DNA from: Podarcis liolepis | Taxonomy: Eukaryota | Length of the DNA: 64,000 nt | Direction: 5' to 3' (one strand) | Assembly: GCA_965112155.1 (NCBI GenBank) | Contig: OZ218106.1 | Part shown: piece by piece, positions 49,509 through 62,603 of the stretch | Numbering within the stretch: position 1 is the first letter of the stretch | Layout of the letters: the number at the start of each line of letters is the position of its first letter | Translations under genes and position numbers: made by a program | The notes under the pieces: generated by a model | Seen by the model: only the letters and a program-made list of their open reading frames with translations | What the model was told of the DNA's origin: nothing | The model's database searches: none

Positions 49509-52500
49509 TTGCTCTGATGTGGGGTGCTGAATTTAAGACTGGAAAAATGAGAAACTGAGAGAAAATGGAATTGACTGATTCTCCCATCCCTAACTTGAAG
49601 TGAATTATTCCTAGGTGTCCTTTCTGTACATATCACATGGAAGAACCATTGGGAGACTGTGGTGTAGGATATGCATGTGGTATTCATTCCTTTCATGAGC
49701 TTAATAAGTCCAATAAATTGGTCAGTCTAAATTCAAAGAGGGAAGGCATAGTTAACTCATTTATTCCAGCTATTCTTGTTGCTGTTTGGTTATCTACAGC
49801 TGTAGCCTCTCTTCTTATGCCATGGGCTGCCATTATTGTCCATAGCTGCTATTCCTACACTCTAACAATTAATTCCAAGCTAATTCTTGTGTATGTGTGT
49901 GCCTGTACATCCCCATGATGTTGTGCATTGAAAGTTGAAAAAGTATGAAATTATTCCTGTATTTTGGTTCTGTTTCTTTCCTAGCATTGAAAGCTGCCCT
50001 GAGACCAACAGCTAGGTTGTGGCAACTTCACAAGTTTCTTCTGGGACAGTCACCTTTCAAAGGTGTCAAACAAATGGGAATAAAATGAGTTCCTGCAAAT
50101 TAATAACAATGGAGAGGTAGCACTAGAAATGCTCCAAGAAACCCTTAAACCAGTCCTCAGGGGCAGAGTAATTGTCTTCACTTCAGACAAGAAAAAGCAA
50201 TGGGCAGAGGAAGCTCTACTCCCCAAAGACCTTTTCTGCAAACATTGGAAGCAAAGTGCAGAGAGGCTGAAACAGAAGAAGTTGTTGTTAAAATGTTCTG
50301 AACACAACAGGACAGAATTAATTCACACATTAAATGAAAATCTTAACCACTACTATAGACACAGCAAAACAAAACTATTATAAGCCTGAGCTTAAAGTAA
50401 ATAACTGTTTGCTTTCCAGCTGAAAAAGTAGCAATTCAATAGAGCAATAGCCCACATTTTCAAGTCATTACCGAATACAGTAAACAGCAAAGCACATTTT
50501 GTGTCCTTTGCTGTTATGGGCAACATTCTTATCATGGCAAAAGGATCTGAGAGACTGCAATATACTGCAGCAACTTTATGCCATTATCAAAATTAACTAG
50601 TTGATCAGCAGCCAGATGAGAACTGTGATTGTACCACCAAGAAGAAAAAAGCTGGAAGGTGCTACATGGGCAAAACCTTCCATCGGGAACGAGGCTGTGT
50701 TTGCATGGTTTGTGCCTTGTGCAATATCGAGTTCCTGGGCATGCCTGCTGCTGTGCTGTTTGCCATGGCTCAGCTGTGTGAACCGTTGATGGGAAACAAG
50801 AAACAAATCAGCACAAAAGCTTTTTTATATTGCATGCTTTGCTACATTTTCCTTAGTAGATTAATTTTCAGAGTAAAGCCACCACTGGTTGCTTAAGCTG
50901 TGTAAGGATGTTTGTCAGGGGAGGGACAACTTTGTTCCTGATATTGACTATATCTGGAAATAGGTAGGCCCCCATATTACTGTTTCAGCATCTGCTTTGG
51001 ATGATCCAACCTATTGTCACACTCCGAATTTATCTGCAGTTCCTTTCAATCCAACCATCGGAGACAATAGCCATTTTCACAGTTGATTCTAAACATATTG
51101 ATTGACTGGCAGAAATGGGGTGGAAAACAGGAGGCCATGCCTTCTGCCCTCATCCAGCTGGTGTGCCTCCCCCACTTGCTAAGGAGGAGGGTGGCAAAGT
51201 AGGAGATGCATTGCGGTGCTGCCAGCACACTGGTGGGCATGCCAGATTGGTTCTGCCAGTGCACCTGGCACAGAAATTTCCCCCTGCCTCCTTTGCCTCC
51301 TGCTCAGTGGCACCAGCCAGTCGCCCAGCATTGCCATTCCCCCCCACCACCACAGAAACCCTTTCTGACCACACTCACAATGTCTTCCAGTCTGCCTACA
51401 CCATTTCCCACTTTATTTAAATGCATTACTGACATGAATTCTTGTGAAGGTTGTTTGCAAAAGGGAGTCTGAGTTTGCCCCCCTTCATGAACATATGCTC
51501 CTGCTCAGTTTTGGAACTGGCTGCTTTGACGGTGGGGATCCAAGGCCAGTATGGAGCTAGCATAGCAAAAATAAAGAAGCAAGGTTTGGAGTGCAGCAGT
51601 GGATCCCTTGCTTTACTACTCCATGGCCCCACTTGCGATTACTCTGTTAGAGACAAGTCATCTTGCTCATAAATGAGGTTTGTTAATAGCTTGAGATTTT
51701 CTTTAGTAGATGAAAGGAACTTTATAACTTCAGAAGAATTTAGAAGATTAAGAAGAAGTAGTGGTAGTAAATTTATTACTTTCCCTTCACCATCAGATCC
51801 AGGACAGGTTATGCCAATTTAAAATTCAGATTATAGGCACAATAATTGGGTGTGACCTGAAAACTAAGTCTCAGGTGTTAAGAGGTACATTACAAACATG
51901 CATTTTGAATATATCAAAATAAATGGACCTAGGTTGAGAGTGTCAGAATAATCTAATATCAGTAATGTTTAAACATCATTTGGTAACCATTTTTGGAAGT
52001 TATTCTCAGCTTATCGCTGTCAGCGTATGCTTATTCCTGTATTGAGAACACATGGGTACTATCATTCTGTAGAAATGAATTGTCAAAACTCAAATAGGTC
52101 CCAGATGCTGTGCATTATTTTCAGAACTTTTTAATTACTTTAAAAAAAACAACCACCTGTAACCTTCTCTCCCATTTACCTCTAGCATCTTTGTCAATCA
52201 GTGCAGCCAGAAAATTGAGTATATTTGTTTTACACGGGAGAAACAGTTGGTTTCAGGAGCAACAGTAATTAAAAGAAGCAATAGAGAAATAGAAGAGAAC
52301 AAGAAAGGCTGCCCAGGGCAGTGTAGAAAGTAAATTCTCAATAAGCCTCCCAGCCAAGTTTGAGACAGATTGCAATGAGAGTAAGAGGGGGAAAGAGGCT
52401 TGACAAGACAGGGGTTTTTTAAAAGCAAGTATCTGTTTCAAATAAAAGGATCTTCATCAAGAAGATGTCAACTGCAACCAGAACAGTATCCATCAACTCT

Positions 52501-53352
52501 GAATTTGAAAGCCTAGATTGAGAAAGGCATATCCAGTTTGTCCAATTATATTCACAACCGAACTTGTCCAATTCTTCTTTTTATTGAAAAAAAGGAAGAT
52601 TATATTTACTATCACAGCCACAGGCTTGCAAAATAATCACTCATCTGGTTGTCTGGGGTGAGTATATATCACCCCCAAGTGAGAAGACAGTAATCCAGAA
52701 TCCCTTCTTTGCAGCTTTTCCCGAGAATGAGCTTGGTCCTTTCAAATAAAAAGAAGTCCCTATGTTATATGCTCATTCCAGCACTGGATGAGACCTTAGT
52801 ACTATGCATGCATTAATGACCTGGTATTCGCATGCTGTAGATGTCTGCTTTGTTTTAGAAACTGTGTGACTTCTGTGGATGCTTCCTCGTTGCCTTTTGC
52901 TATTATTCCTTATAGATGAATTAAGGTGTTTCTCACATTTAATTTATTAATCCATGCTTCTTTCAGGAGGATTACTGAAATAAGCAAGGGTCTTAGGAAC
53001 TGGTTTCTAATTGCCATCTCCATCATACATACACTCATTCTTTAAGTATTAAAATAAATTGATTGGCAACTTGGCCAAACCTAAAGATGTCTTCACATAT
53101 AGCAGAGTGGTTTTTTTTTGCCTCCTGCAAGCAGTATAATATGTAAAGCTAGGACATTGTGCTTAGTAGATGTAATACAAGATTGATAATTACAGTTGTT
53201 AATAATTATATATGTACTATTAGCTTCCTCCTTGAGGGCAATTGTTAACTCTAAGGTTCCTACCTGTAATTTATGAATACAGTTTATGAATCTTTAATTT
53301 CTGAAGAGGATAGAGAGAAAACGTTTGTGAAAGGAGAACTCTTTTTGTGTGT

Positions 53353-53454
53353 AAAAAATAAAAAAATTCCTTCGAGTAGCACCTTAAAGACCAACTAAGT
53401 TAGTTCTTGGTATGAGCTTTCGTGTGCATGCACACTTCTTCAGATACCAATACT
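53353..53454 (-). mobile_element. ~100-bp Penelope-type retro-insertion with TSD
   Basis: 13-bp direct repeat tctttttgtgtgt at 53340-53352 and 53455-53467; gcaccttaaagac...agctttcgtg...cacttc motif typical of reptile Penelope-like termini. Confidence 0.8.
53407..53450 (-). ncRNA. Minimal type I hammerhead ribozyme
   Basis: Minus strand UUGGUAU-CUGAAGA-A-GUGUG-caug-CACAC-GAAA-GCUC-AUACCAA: 7-bp stem I, intact core, 5-bp stem II, palindromic stem III (AGCU), CUC triplet. Confidence 0.85.
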
Positions 53455-53701
53455 TCTTTTTGTGTGTTTTTTTCTTCAAAAGGATGGCTTCCACCAGAGA
53501 AGAGGAAATAAACAAATTCATCCGTTGCTACTCTGAAACATAAAGGTAGATGTGGTTGCCCTTTCTGCGCTATCCTTCTGCGATTCCTGACAACCCTTTA
53601 TTTCTCATTGAGGCCTTAAGTTTACACTTATAGTTTGCCATTCTCTCACTGTGCCCATTTAAATCAATTCAGCCCATTGGGTAGGGCATAGCAAGACTAT
53701 G

Positions 53702-53731
53702 CCTTCCTTCCTTCCTTCCTTCCTTCCTTCC
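53702..53731. repeat. (CCTT)n microsatellite
   Basis: Direct reading. Confidence 0.9.
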
Positions 53732-53789
53732 CCTCCCTCTGTATGAGGACAGAAATCTTAAGCCAACCCATATACATAATATCCAACAT

Positions 53790-54048
53790 CAGCAACAACA
53801 ACAGCAAAAATATATTACCCACCCTTCACTCTTAGATCGCAGGGGAGGTTACAGCATTAAAGCACAATATCAAAACAACTTAAAATAACTGACAATCATA
53901 AATATGAGGTGGGTCCTAAAAACATACACTTCATGTGTCAGCAGCCAGGGTAGAGTTGTGCATCCCTGGAAGCGATATAATGAAGGTGACAAATGCGCTT
54001 CTGAGGAAAAAGAGTTCAACACCTTGGGGGCTGCCACGGAGAAGCCTA
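53790..54048 (-). mobile_element. Decayed L2 3' end
   Basis: ORF 53870-54106 contains FSVAAPKVLNS (L2 C-terminal motif); (CAA)-rich tail. Confidence 0.65.
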
Positions 54049-54183
54049 TGCCTGTCTCAGCACTTGATGAAACATATTTCCAAGTGAAGAGCTGTAAGGC
54101 TACCAAGGTAACCCAAGTATTGCTATTTAATACTTATTAAATAGTAACAGCAGGAACTGGTGGCAATGGAAGTGGGCATTGCC

Positions 54184-54186
<3 letters not shown>

Positions 54187-54214
<28 letters not shown>
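54187..54214. repeat. (GT)n microsatellite
   Basis: Direct reading. Confidence 0.95.
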
Positions 54215-55737
54215 TTAAAAACTAATCGAACAGCAAGTTTTGATCAGGTACCACTTTTACAGCAGCAGCAGAGAGTTTGAAATGTATAATTAATATTCTT
54301 CTTACTTTCCTCCATGAGAGAACTGAAAAGGTTTTGTTTGTTGGTATATCACGAAGCCTTTGGTTCATAGCTGTTGCCATTGCATCAAAGATGAGCATTC
54401 AGATCGTGAAGGATTAGAGTTGGCTAATATGAAAAGTTGTGTACTTTTCATTCTGCTTCCTGAAGGACGTGTTAGGTTTGCACAATTATGTTTATGATAA
54501 TTACTGAAAAGATTGTTGTCCTTGATCGTGAACATACTGCACTCAAATATTTTCTCCCTGAGCTGGTGTGCTTATTGTTCAAGGCAATTGTTGTTTCAGA
54601 AGGAAGGTGTTTTGGCACCTCCCTCCCTCCTGCTGCTTCTTCTCCTCCATCCTTGCTCTGTGTGATTCTCTCACAGTGCGGGAGGAGAAGCTTATTGTGC
54701 GAAAAAAAATCCATCACTATGACTTACAATCATTTTTCTTTTTCTATGTGATCATGACATCTTTCTATTGATTAAAGTTTTTTTATGTCCTTTTGCTTGA
54801 TACAGTTGCTCGGTCAGTCTGAGGTTAAAATGATATTGCCTCCACCTAGTATTTAAGGCAATCTCTGCAATCTAAGCTGTCAACCTTTTGGTACACTGTC
54901 TTCAGTTGCTTTGCAGTTTGTCAGAATCTGGTGTGTTAACCGAACTGAATATAACATGTATCAGCATATGAGATACTTTTAAGGAGGCTGCTGAGGTGTG
55001 TAAAGGAATATCTGTACTGCACATGACTGTATTTATCTAGCTGAAAAATCTGCCTTTTATTTATTTATTTCTAAGGCAGGTGCACCAGTTAGCTTTTGTT
55101 ATCTAACAAAGGGAGGCATTAAAAAGGGTGTGTTTTTCGTGATTAATAATAATAATAATAATAATAATACATTGGAAATACCTCTGGAGAGTTTGCTTCA
55201 ATGGCTAAACTAAGACATTACAAATGATTTAAAGAAAGAGAAAATGACATGATTAATTTGTAACAAACTGGACTCCTTTTGTGTAGCATGCTAAGAAAGA
55301 AATCTGAATGGTTACATAAAACAAATCATGGCTGTATAATGTTTTGAAAGATGGAACTGTAGACTCTGTTATGGCATGCTGAATTTTGTGATCTTACAGT
55401 TGTGAACACATCTTTCATTGTGGTTTTTTTCCTGGCAGATCTTTAATGGAATACGATTTGGGATACAGTGGGCAGTAACCAATGTTAGTCATACTCAGTG
55501 TTAGATCCAGATTGAAACACTCTTTGAAAGGCTTGATTTATTTCTGCCAGGCTTAACCACAGCAGGAGGCCCCCTTGTTGCTGAATCTGGTTTGCATCTG
55601 CGTAACTTTATGGTGGTTTAACTTACTCTATTGTGCAAAGGATTTTGCTCACTTTTATCAGGGTACTAGGAGGGAGAAGGGGCTGCTTGCCCAATCAGAT
55701 TCAGACTCTCAACTCCCCTCTCAGCATCACAGGACTA

Positions 55738-55808
55738 CTTCTTCTTCTTCTTCTTCTCCTTCTTCTTCTTCTTCTTCTTCTTCTTCTTCTTCTTCTTCTT
55801 CTTCTTCT
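55738..55808. repeat. (CTT)n microsatellite with one interruption
   Basis: Direct reading. Confidence 0.98.
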
Positions 55809-58298
55809 GCCAAGTCTCTGTTATACATGCTTGCTCCCTCATACCATTTCCCCTAATATTGCTACAGATCACATAGCTGCAAAGGAAGATGCTCCTGTTT
55901 TTCAAGGAATATTGAGTTACTTGGAGTGCACTTACTGAGGAAGAACAAGTAAAATGGGTGTCAGTGTTTCATTTTCACCCGTCACTGGAATTACAGGCTT
56001 AACCAAATACATTGAACTATTTTCTAGTTTGTAATGAGCAAGGGCAAGAGTCTGATAGCTCCCTGCCACAGTTTCATAGCAAACACGGAGGCTAGTGATT
56101 AAAATTCAGTCTCCGTGCAAAGATCTGGCACCGCGGCAGCCTGAAATGGACCTCAAATAATCTTGGGGTAATAATTGTTATTTATATAGAAGCTACAAAT
56201 GTATTGGCCAATTTCACAGCAAAATAAAAAGAGAGGATTTCCTATTAGAGTTGCAACTTCTTTCCTGACAGGTGCATTTTTGCCTTGACTGTGGATCAAG
56301 AATGAAACATCTCCAGTCTTTCTGGCATGAGGTGCCATGATGAAGGAAGCTTCATCGGTTAAGCTTCTGCTTGGAAGGCAACTGCTGAAGGCACAGAAAT
56401 CCTCTTCCATATGTGTGGGAGTGTAGTGGGAAGAGAAGCTACTGTTAATGTTACTATCGATCCAAGTAAGACATTAATGCACTAGATAAGTCTGTGTTCA
56501 GATCCCTATAATTTCTTTAGGAACAAATATTTCACAGCAGTTGGTGTTAGTATCCTTGTTGGCAAAAACAAAACTCTCTTCTTCAGCTGCCATTTTGTGC
56601 ACCCAGGCACAGGAAGGCTAATAGCACAGAATTAGCAGCCATGAGTTTTCTTCCATGCCTGAGTAACTTTCAAAGTATCTTGAAAGCTTCAAAGTGCCCC
56701 CTTTTGTAATACAGCATTGCAGGAGCCTTTGTGGTTTGCCACAATTTTTTTTGAACACTTTATTAGATAATAATGTTGCTTCCAAGGTCAGTAAAAAGCT
56801 GTAAGACATTATTTCTTTTTTTTTTAAAAAAAGCATATATTTTATTCGTTCGCAGAGCAGATGTAGCCCAATGGAAAACAGTTTGGCTTCATGGGAACTG
56901 CCTAGTGATATTAACTCATCCAAATGATGGCTCTGTCAGGTCACATAGCATATTATTCCTACCACCATATCCCCTTTATGATATTCTACATCAGGGTTAT
57001 ATGGGAGATGCTATCAGTTTATCTGGGGTTCATATCATTTCAGCCTAACTTTATATGAAAAATAAGCCACCATATGCCCATCAAATCAAAACATTTTCTG
57101 TAATAAAGGAAGCCTCCTGCACATAAGGTGGTCAGAGTTTCTCCAGAGCATTTACGCTTCTAAGAACCCAGGCCTTTCTGTTTCTTTTCCACAGATGTCA
57201 GTGCAGGTAACTATGCATGGTATTGCTGCCTAAGTAACCAACTTCTATTTTTCTTGACGCTAAGTCAATTAAAATAATGTGGAAACATAGCTAAAGTGTT
57301 CTGCCTTTCCAACCTCCTGCTTTAGAGGCAAAGCACTGTAAAACTTGGAGAATACTCGTGTTGAAATTGTGTTTAGCTTTCAAATTCACAACTCTGGGCA
57401 GTCAATATTGTTGAGAACTTTTTCATATCATGCAGATATAATATGTTGAAAGGGCCAAGGCAGCAGTTGCCAGTGGCCCAGAGCCACCTCCATAACTTTG
57501 CTTCTACATCTACTTCCCCTGGCCACACCACCTCCTCTCTCTCCCAGTTGCATGTAGGATGGCCCTGTCCATGTCCCTATCCACTGGTAGAAGAACTTTA
57601 GGAAGGAGTAATGGGAGTGGAATGGGGCAACAGAAGAACTGGAACAGTCCATCAACCTTTCTAATGTAGAGGGGCATGGGCATAGTGGGGGAGCATGCCA
57701 AAGACCCCCACAATCCTAGAGTAGGCCCTGTGAAGAAACATATTTCCTATTGCAATACTTTATGTGTGCACATGTGAAGGGTTTCTGCACTGATATGCAT
57801 ATTTCTCATAGTGAGTGGCATCATTAATGCAGAACCTATCCAAGTAATCATGCCAGTGCACACAATAAGGGGCTAAGACATAATGGAGCCCCAGGGAAAT
57901 AGCAGTTTTCAGCAGTATGCAGGTGGCCACCTAGTTCGTTGGGAGTTAAGTAGACCCGAGTGCCTGTGTCGACCCAATAAGGCACACATTATGCAAACTG
58001 TGGTGTGAATTATGCATTCCCAATTAGAAGGCTATTGGCACAATCTCCCAAAGGTTATGCATCTTTAAATTCTGTTGATTTCATGGAGACAGTTCAATGT
58101 ATTGATACTCCTCCCATCAGTAGGCAAAATCAGTGGCCCTAAGGTGCTGGTTACATGCTTGTGCTATGAGTCATCTGAATACTCACACAAGACTTGCAGT
58201 TGTCTCTACTGAAAAGTAGTGCACTAGAGATGACACTGAGGAATCTTTATTTTGTTCTGTTTGTCTCTGTCTGTCTTTATTTGAAATAATTAGCAATA

Positions 58299-58513
58299 TA
58301 GTGGCACCTCGGGTTACAGGCGCTTCAGGTTCCATGTTTTTGGGTTGCGCACCACGCCGAACCTGGAAGTACTGGAACGGGCTACTTCCGAGTTTCGGCG
58401 CTCACTCTTTGCGCATGTGCAGAAGCACTGAATTGCGACCCGCGCAGACGCGGCACTGTGGGTTGCAAACGTGCCTCCTGCATGGATCACGTTCGCAACC
58501 CGAGGTTCCGGTG
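58299..58513. mobile_element. Tc1/mariner-pogo (Tigger-like) MITE with TIRs related to 41823-42048 but a different interior
   Basis: TA|tagtggcacctcgggtta ... caacccgaggttccggtg|TA; CpG-rich interior. Confidence 0.8.
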
Positions 58514-60017
58514 TAATCACAAAAAAATCTAATCAAAATATTTGTATCACTTCACAATGTCGCACAATTAAATACATATAATATTAACATCAGAAATGGA
58601 AATATCTTCTCCTGGAAGAGCATTCAAAACCTACTTGGACTTGCCATTGTGGGAGGTAATGCTTTTCTTCACAACATTGCGTAAATGGCATCCAGTTTCC
58701 CCAAAATGTATTTCTATATATTCACTTGCTGTATTTTTTTCTCTTAAATAAGACGTGTGTTTGCTGTTATAGCAAATTAATGAATTCTTTCCAATGAGGG
58801 ATTAATATGACTTCCAGTGTTTGGTCAATAACATCCAATAATGTCTTTCTTTATAGAGGTTTCTTTATAGACGGTTCAGCAGTAACAGTGTTGCATCTAA
58901 AGGGACTTCACACGTTTAGTTGTTATTTTAATCGCTATCTTTGCTGATGGCTGATTTGCGCAGTCAAACCACTGGCTGTTGTAGTACGCATGCACATGTG
59001 AACCAGCCCCTCCAAGTGCTTAACTTGAAAGAAACTGTCTCTGCTTTATTTCTCATGAATATTTCTGGAGGTATTGCAACTTAATTCACCAGCAAGCAAG
59101 CACCCAGCAAGGCCTTAGACTTAAAGACACGCAATTTCCATTTCTACCCCTCTTTTTCTCTACAGCCACTTTTAAATATGCCTTTGATTATGAATGGCAT
59201 GAGCTGTTTAATTGTCTCATTATTCAAATGAAGATTTCCATTAATATGCTCTTCAGGATTAAAAGGCATTAATAAACATATCAAAGAGAGGGGAATAAAG
59301 CTTTGGTCCTATTAATGAAATAATGTTTAGTTTTTAATACATTTTTTGTTCCATTGTTCTCGTTATTAGTTGAAAATGTAAAAGAGTCCATGTAGCAGAA
59401 GCACAGAGGATGAATATTTGACTGTCTTATCTGTATATTCTTCTGGGTAGAATATAAAGGGATATTTATATGAGGCATTAAAATGTCCTGGGAATCAGTT
59501 TTACTCCTTGGTTGAGGGGGGGGGGGTTGATACCTTTTCTTGATTCATAGACATTGGAAAAGTCTGACATCAGATGCATTTTGTGCAAGGAATAGCAGAA
59601 AAATATGGGACAGCTATTGATATGCCAACATATTTGTAAGAAAATAATGTATGTCCGGCATCAAATCTACCCTTCGAGTGCCAGCTTCAATGTTCATTCT
59701 TACAGAAAAGTCATCCATCTACTCTGACATCTGAAGTACAGTGAACAAAGTTCAATACACTTCAGATTCAAACAGGAATGTGGAAAAGTGTGAGGACAAA
59801 TGGAAATAGCAGAATGTAAGATAAATATTGCTACGTGTCACTGAACAAACCAGCAAATGTACAACACAAGATTTATGGCATCAGCCCTGGAACAAAAAGA
59901 ATTTACAGTTCTGGCTAGAAATATATCATTTAAACAATATGAAGAATTCTAGAGAATGGAAAACAAGCACCAGTGAGATAGGATCAGTGACACTGGTGCC
60001 TAGTAAGTATCTTCAAG

Positions 60018-60385
60018 CAGTGATGCGGGTGGCACTGGGGGTTAAACCACAGAGCCTAGGGCTTGCTGATCAGAAGGTTGGCGGATTGGATCCCTGCAAT
60101 GGGGTGAGCTTCTGTTGCTTGGTCCCAGCTCCTGCCCACCTAGCAGTTCGAAAGCATGTCAAAGTGCAAGTAGATAAATAGGTACCACTCCGGCGGGAAG
60201 GTAAACGGCGTTTCCGTGTGCTGCCCTGATTCGCCAGAAGCAGCTTAATCATGCTAGCCACATGACCCAGAAGCTGTCTGCAGACAAACGCCAGCTCCCT
60301 CGGCCAGTAAAGTGAGATGAGCGCCGCAACCCCACAGTCATCCGCAACCGGACCTAACGGTCAGGAGTCCCTCTACCTTTACCTT
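60018..60385 (+). mobile_element. Sauria SINE, full length
   Basis: gcgggtggcactgggggttaaaccacagagcctagg head; (ACCTTT)n tail; 14-bp TSD taagtatcttcaag at 60004-60017 and 60386-60399. Confidence 0.95.
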
Positions 60386-60894
60386 TAAGTATCTTCAAGA
60401 ATCCTACAACAGCCAGGAGAAGCTAAGGGCTGAAATTAGAATGATGGTCGCCATCTTCAAGCACAGATAGGTTTTCTTTGGTGGGTTTGGGAGAAGGGGA
60501 ACCATCAGCCAGGGAGCACTAGAGCCAGGGATATTGGATAGGGTACAGCCAGTGCTGGCATCAGTGAGAGGCATAGTTGGGCATCTGCTGAGGACCTACA
60601 GCCCAGCAGGGGAGCCACTGGCAAGATCCCCTGGGCTCTGGTGCACTGATGAGACAGATTCACTGAGGGGGAGGATCACAGAGGGTGCATGGCCTAAAAC
60701 CTGTAGACAACACTGGTTATAGCAATTCTAGAAAGGTGTTGGCATGTCCCCTGCTGTGGATTGGGGGTAGTCTCAGAAAAGGTAGACATGAATGAGAACT
60801 GTAGGTCTGGGCACTTTCTCACAGAGATAAAAGTAGTTCATTGCTGGAGGCACTGCTGAGCTCTTTCTAGCTTTCATTTACATCTATCCTAAAG

Positions 60895-61060
60895 TAGGGC
60901 TGCCATTACTGGGATTTCAAAGGAAGAACTGAAAATTTGTAGGGGGGGGGAGGTTGGTGTTTATGTAAACAAAAACTCAACAACTTTGGGGTATGTCAAA
61001 ATAAAGCTCAACAACTTTCGGGGTGTCCTGGTTTTTACTTTTTGAAATATGCCAACCCTA
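60895..61060. mobile_element. MITE with TAGGGTTGCCA-type TIRs (hAT-like)
   Basis: tagggctgcca ... tgccaacccta termini; internal duplicated ctcaacaacttt..gg..tgtc. Confidence 0.5.
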
Positions 61061-61904
61061 CCAAAAGTCTGAGGTTTGGGGAAAGAAAAACCAGTTATTG
61101 CTGTGGACTTTAGGGATCTTAGTTATCTCTACTGACTGCTTTTTCAGGCATTAGTATTTCCTTTTTTATTTCATCACTCACTGCGATCTTGGAAACGACA
61201 TTTGGGCATCATTATTTATTTGGCAATGTCACAAATGTCTAGGTCTGGTGCTTTGGATTAGGCAGGGATTTATGCTTTATACAAGGTAAGTAGTAAGTGC
61301 CACCCATATTTTCCAATGGCAAAAAGCACCCGATTTGGTGGGAGACAGGTGACACACCTGCAGAGAGACCCAGGGAAGCAGTGTTCGCACACACACACGC
61401 GCACACACACACACACACACTTTTTCCCTTTTGTCCTCTTTTTTGAAGCTGGGCTTACTGGCCTGAAGGCCTGACTACATTACTGCCAGCACCTTGCTCG
61501 GTGCCTGTCTTAGGGATTGGCAAACTGAGATGACTGTTTGCAGAACAGATATAAAGCAGAGTCATTGTTCATTCCATATTGGATGTATGTGGCTCTGTTT
61601 GCTTTCTGTCCCACTTAAAACACCTTTCTCTGCACAACTTTTTAAAGGTGTCTTCTTGGAATTTACATAAGCATAGGATCAGCTTAAAGATCAGCCTAGT
61701 CTGATCACCAAAGCTGATTAAGGATCCAGAGAGGGATGTTCTTAACAGGTTCATATTTATTGCTTCCTCCAGAAGTAAAGTAGATGTTTCTGGATGCACT
61801 GGCCACTGCAATGAGGAAAGGGGCTGCATGGGGTCTCTGCACACTGAGGTATATAGGGAAATCCCCTTCTGAAAGCAAATTTGCAGAAATGGAAGAGTGT
61901 ATTT

Positions 61905-61951
61905 ATAGAACTGTAGGGTTGGAAGGAACCCTGAGGATCGTCTAGTCCAAC
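61905..61951 (-). mobile_element. CR1 LINE extreme 3' end
   Basis: atagaactgtagggttggaaggaaccctgaggatcgtctagtccaac is the antisense of the CR1 terminal hairpin and tail. Confidence 0.7.
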
Positions 61952-62260
61952 AATAGCAAAAAGGGGAACACATGTTTGAGCCATGACCTACCAGAGTTGT
62001 CTGAACTGGATTCAACTTGGGGTTTGGAGGGTTTGTGCTTGGAGAATGTTGTTTTCTTCCAAAGCTATTTGCCTCTGTTATAACGTTTAGCTGTGAAAAG
62101 GGAAATGGGCCTTGCAGTTTCTGTAGTGGTGGTGGTGTAGCAACAACTGGCTTCAGAGCACTCTTCCAAACTGAACGCTTTCCAAGCTGAAGCCCTCATT
62201 TCTGTAGGTTATTTTCTAAACTGCAAGGGAAAATGCCTCTCCAATCAAGCAGAACAGGCT

Positions 62261-62458
62261 CACAGGAGGGTGTCATACACCAGACCAACCTTTTTGTCTA
62301 TCTAATCCAGGATCATCTTCTCTATCAGCAGCTCTGACGCATGGATCTTTCTCATCACAAGTTGTCTGATCCTTCTAATGGGAGATGCCAGGGCCTGAAC
62401 CTGGGACTTTCTGCATGAAAAGCATATGGCCTAGCTTTGCAAGCTATGATCCCTTCCC
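62261..62458 (-). mobile_element. tRNA-derived squamate SINE (Squam3-like), decayed
   Basis: ggagatgccagggcctgaacctgggactttctgcatg...gctatgatcccttccc is the antisense tRNA-like head. Confidence 0.65.
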
Positions 62459-62542
62459 AAATACAGATAGCCTAGACTTTATAGGATGATCAAAACTGGG
62501 ATGTTATCAAGTGTAACTCACTTCCAGGAATTGCATGCTTTT

Positions 62543-62603
62543 GAAGAAGAAGAAGAAGAAGAAGAAGAAGAAGAAGAAGAAGAAGAAGAAGAAGAAGAAG
62601 AAG
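62543..62603. repeat. (GAA)n microsatellite
   Basis: Direct reading. Confidence 0.98.

Noticed and set aside
55575-55938. Poly-Ser / poly-Leu ORFs (likewise the poly-Lys / poly-Ser ORFs at 62518-62717 and the YI-repeat ORFs at 24996-25354)
   Set aside because: They are translations of (CTT)n, (GAA)n and (TA)n microsatellites
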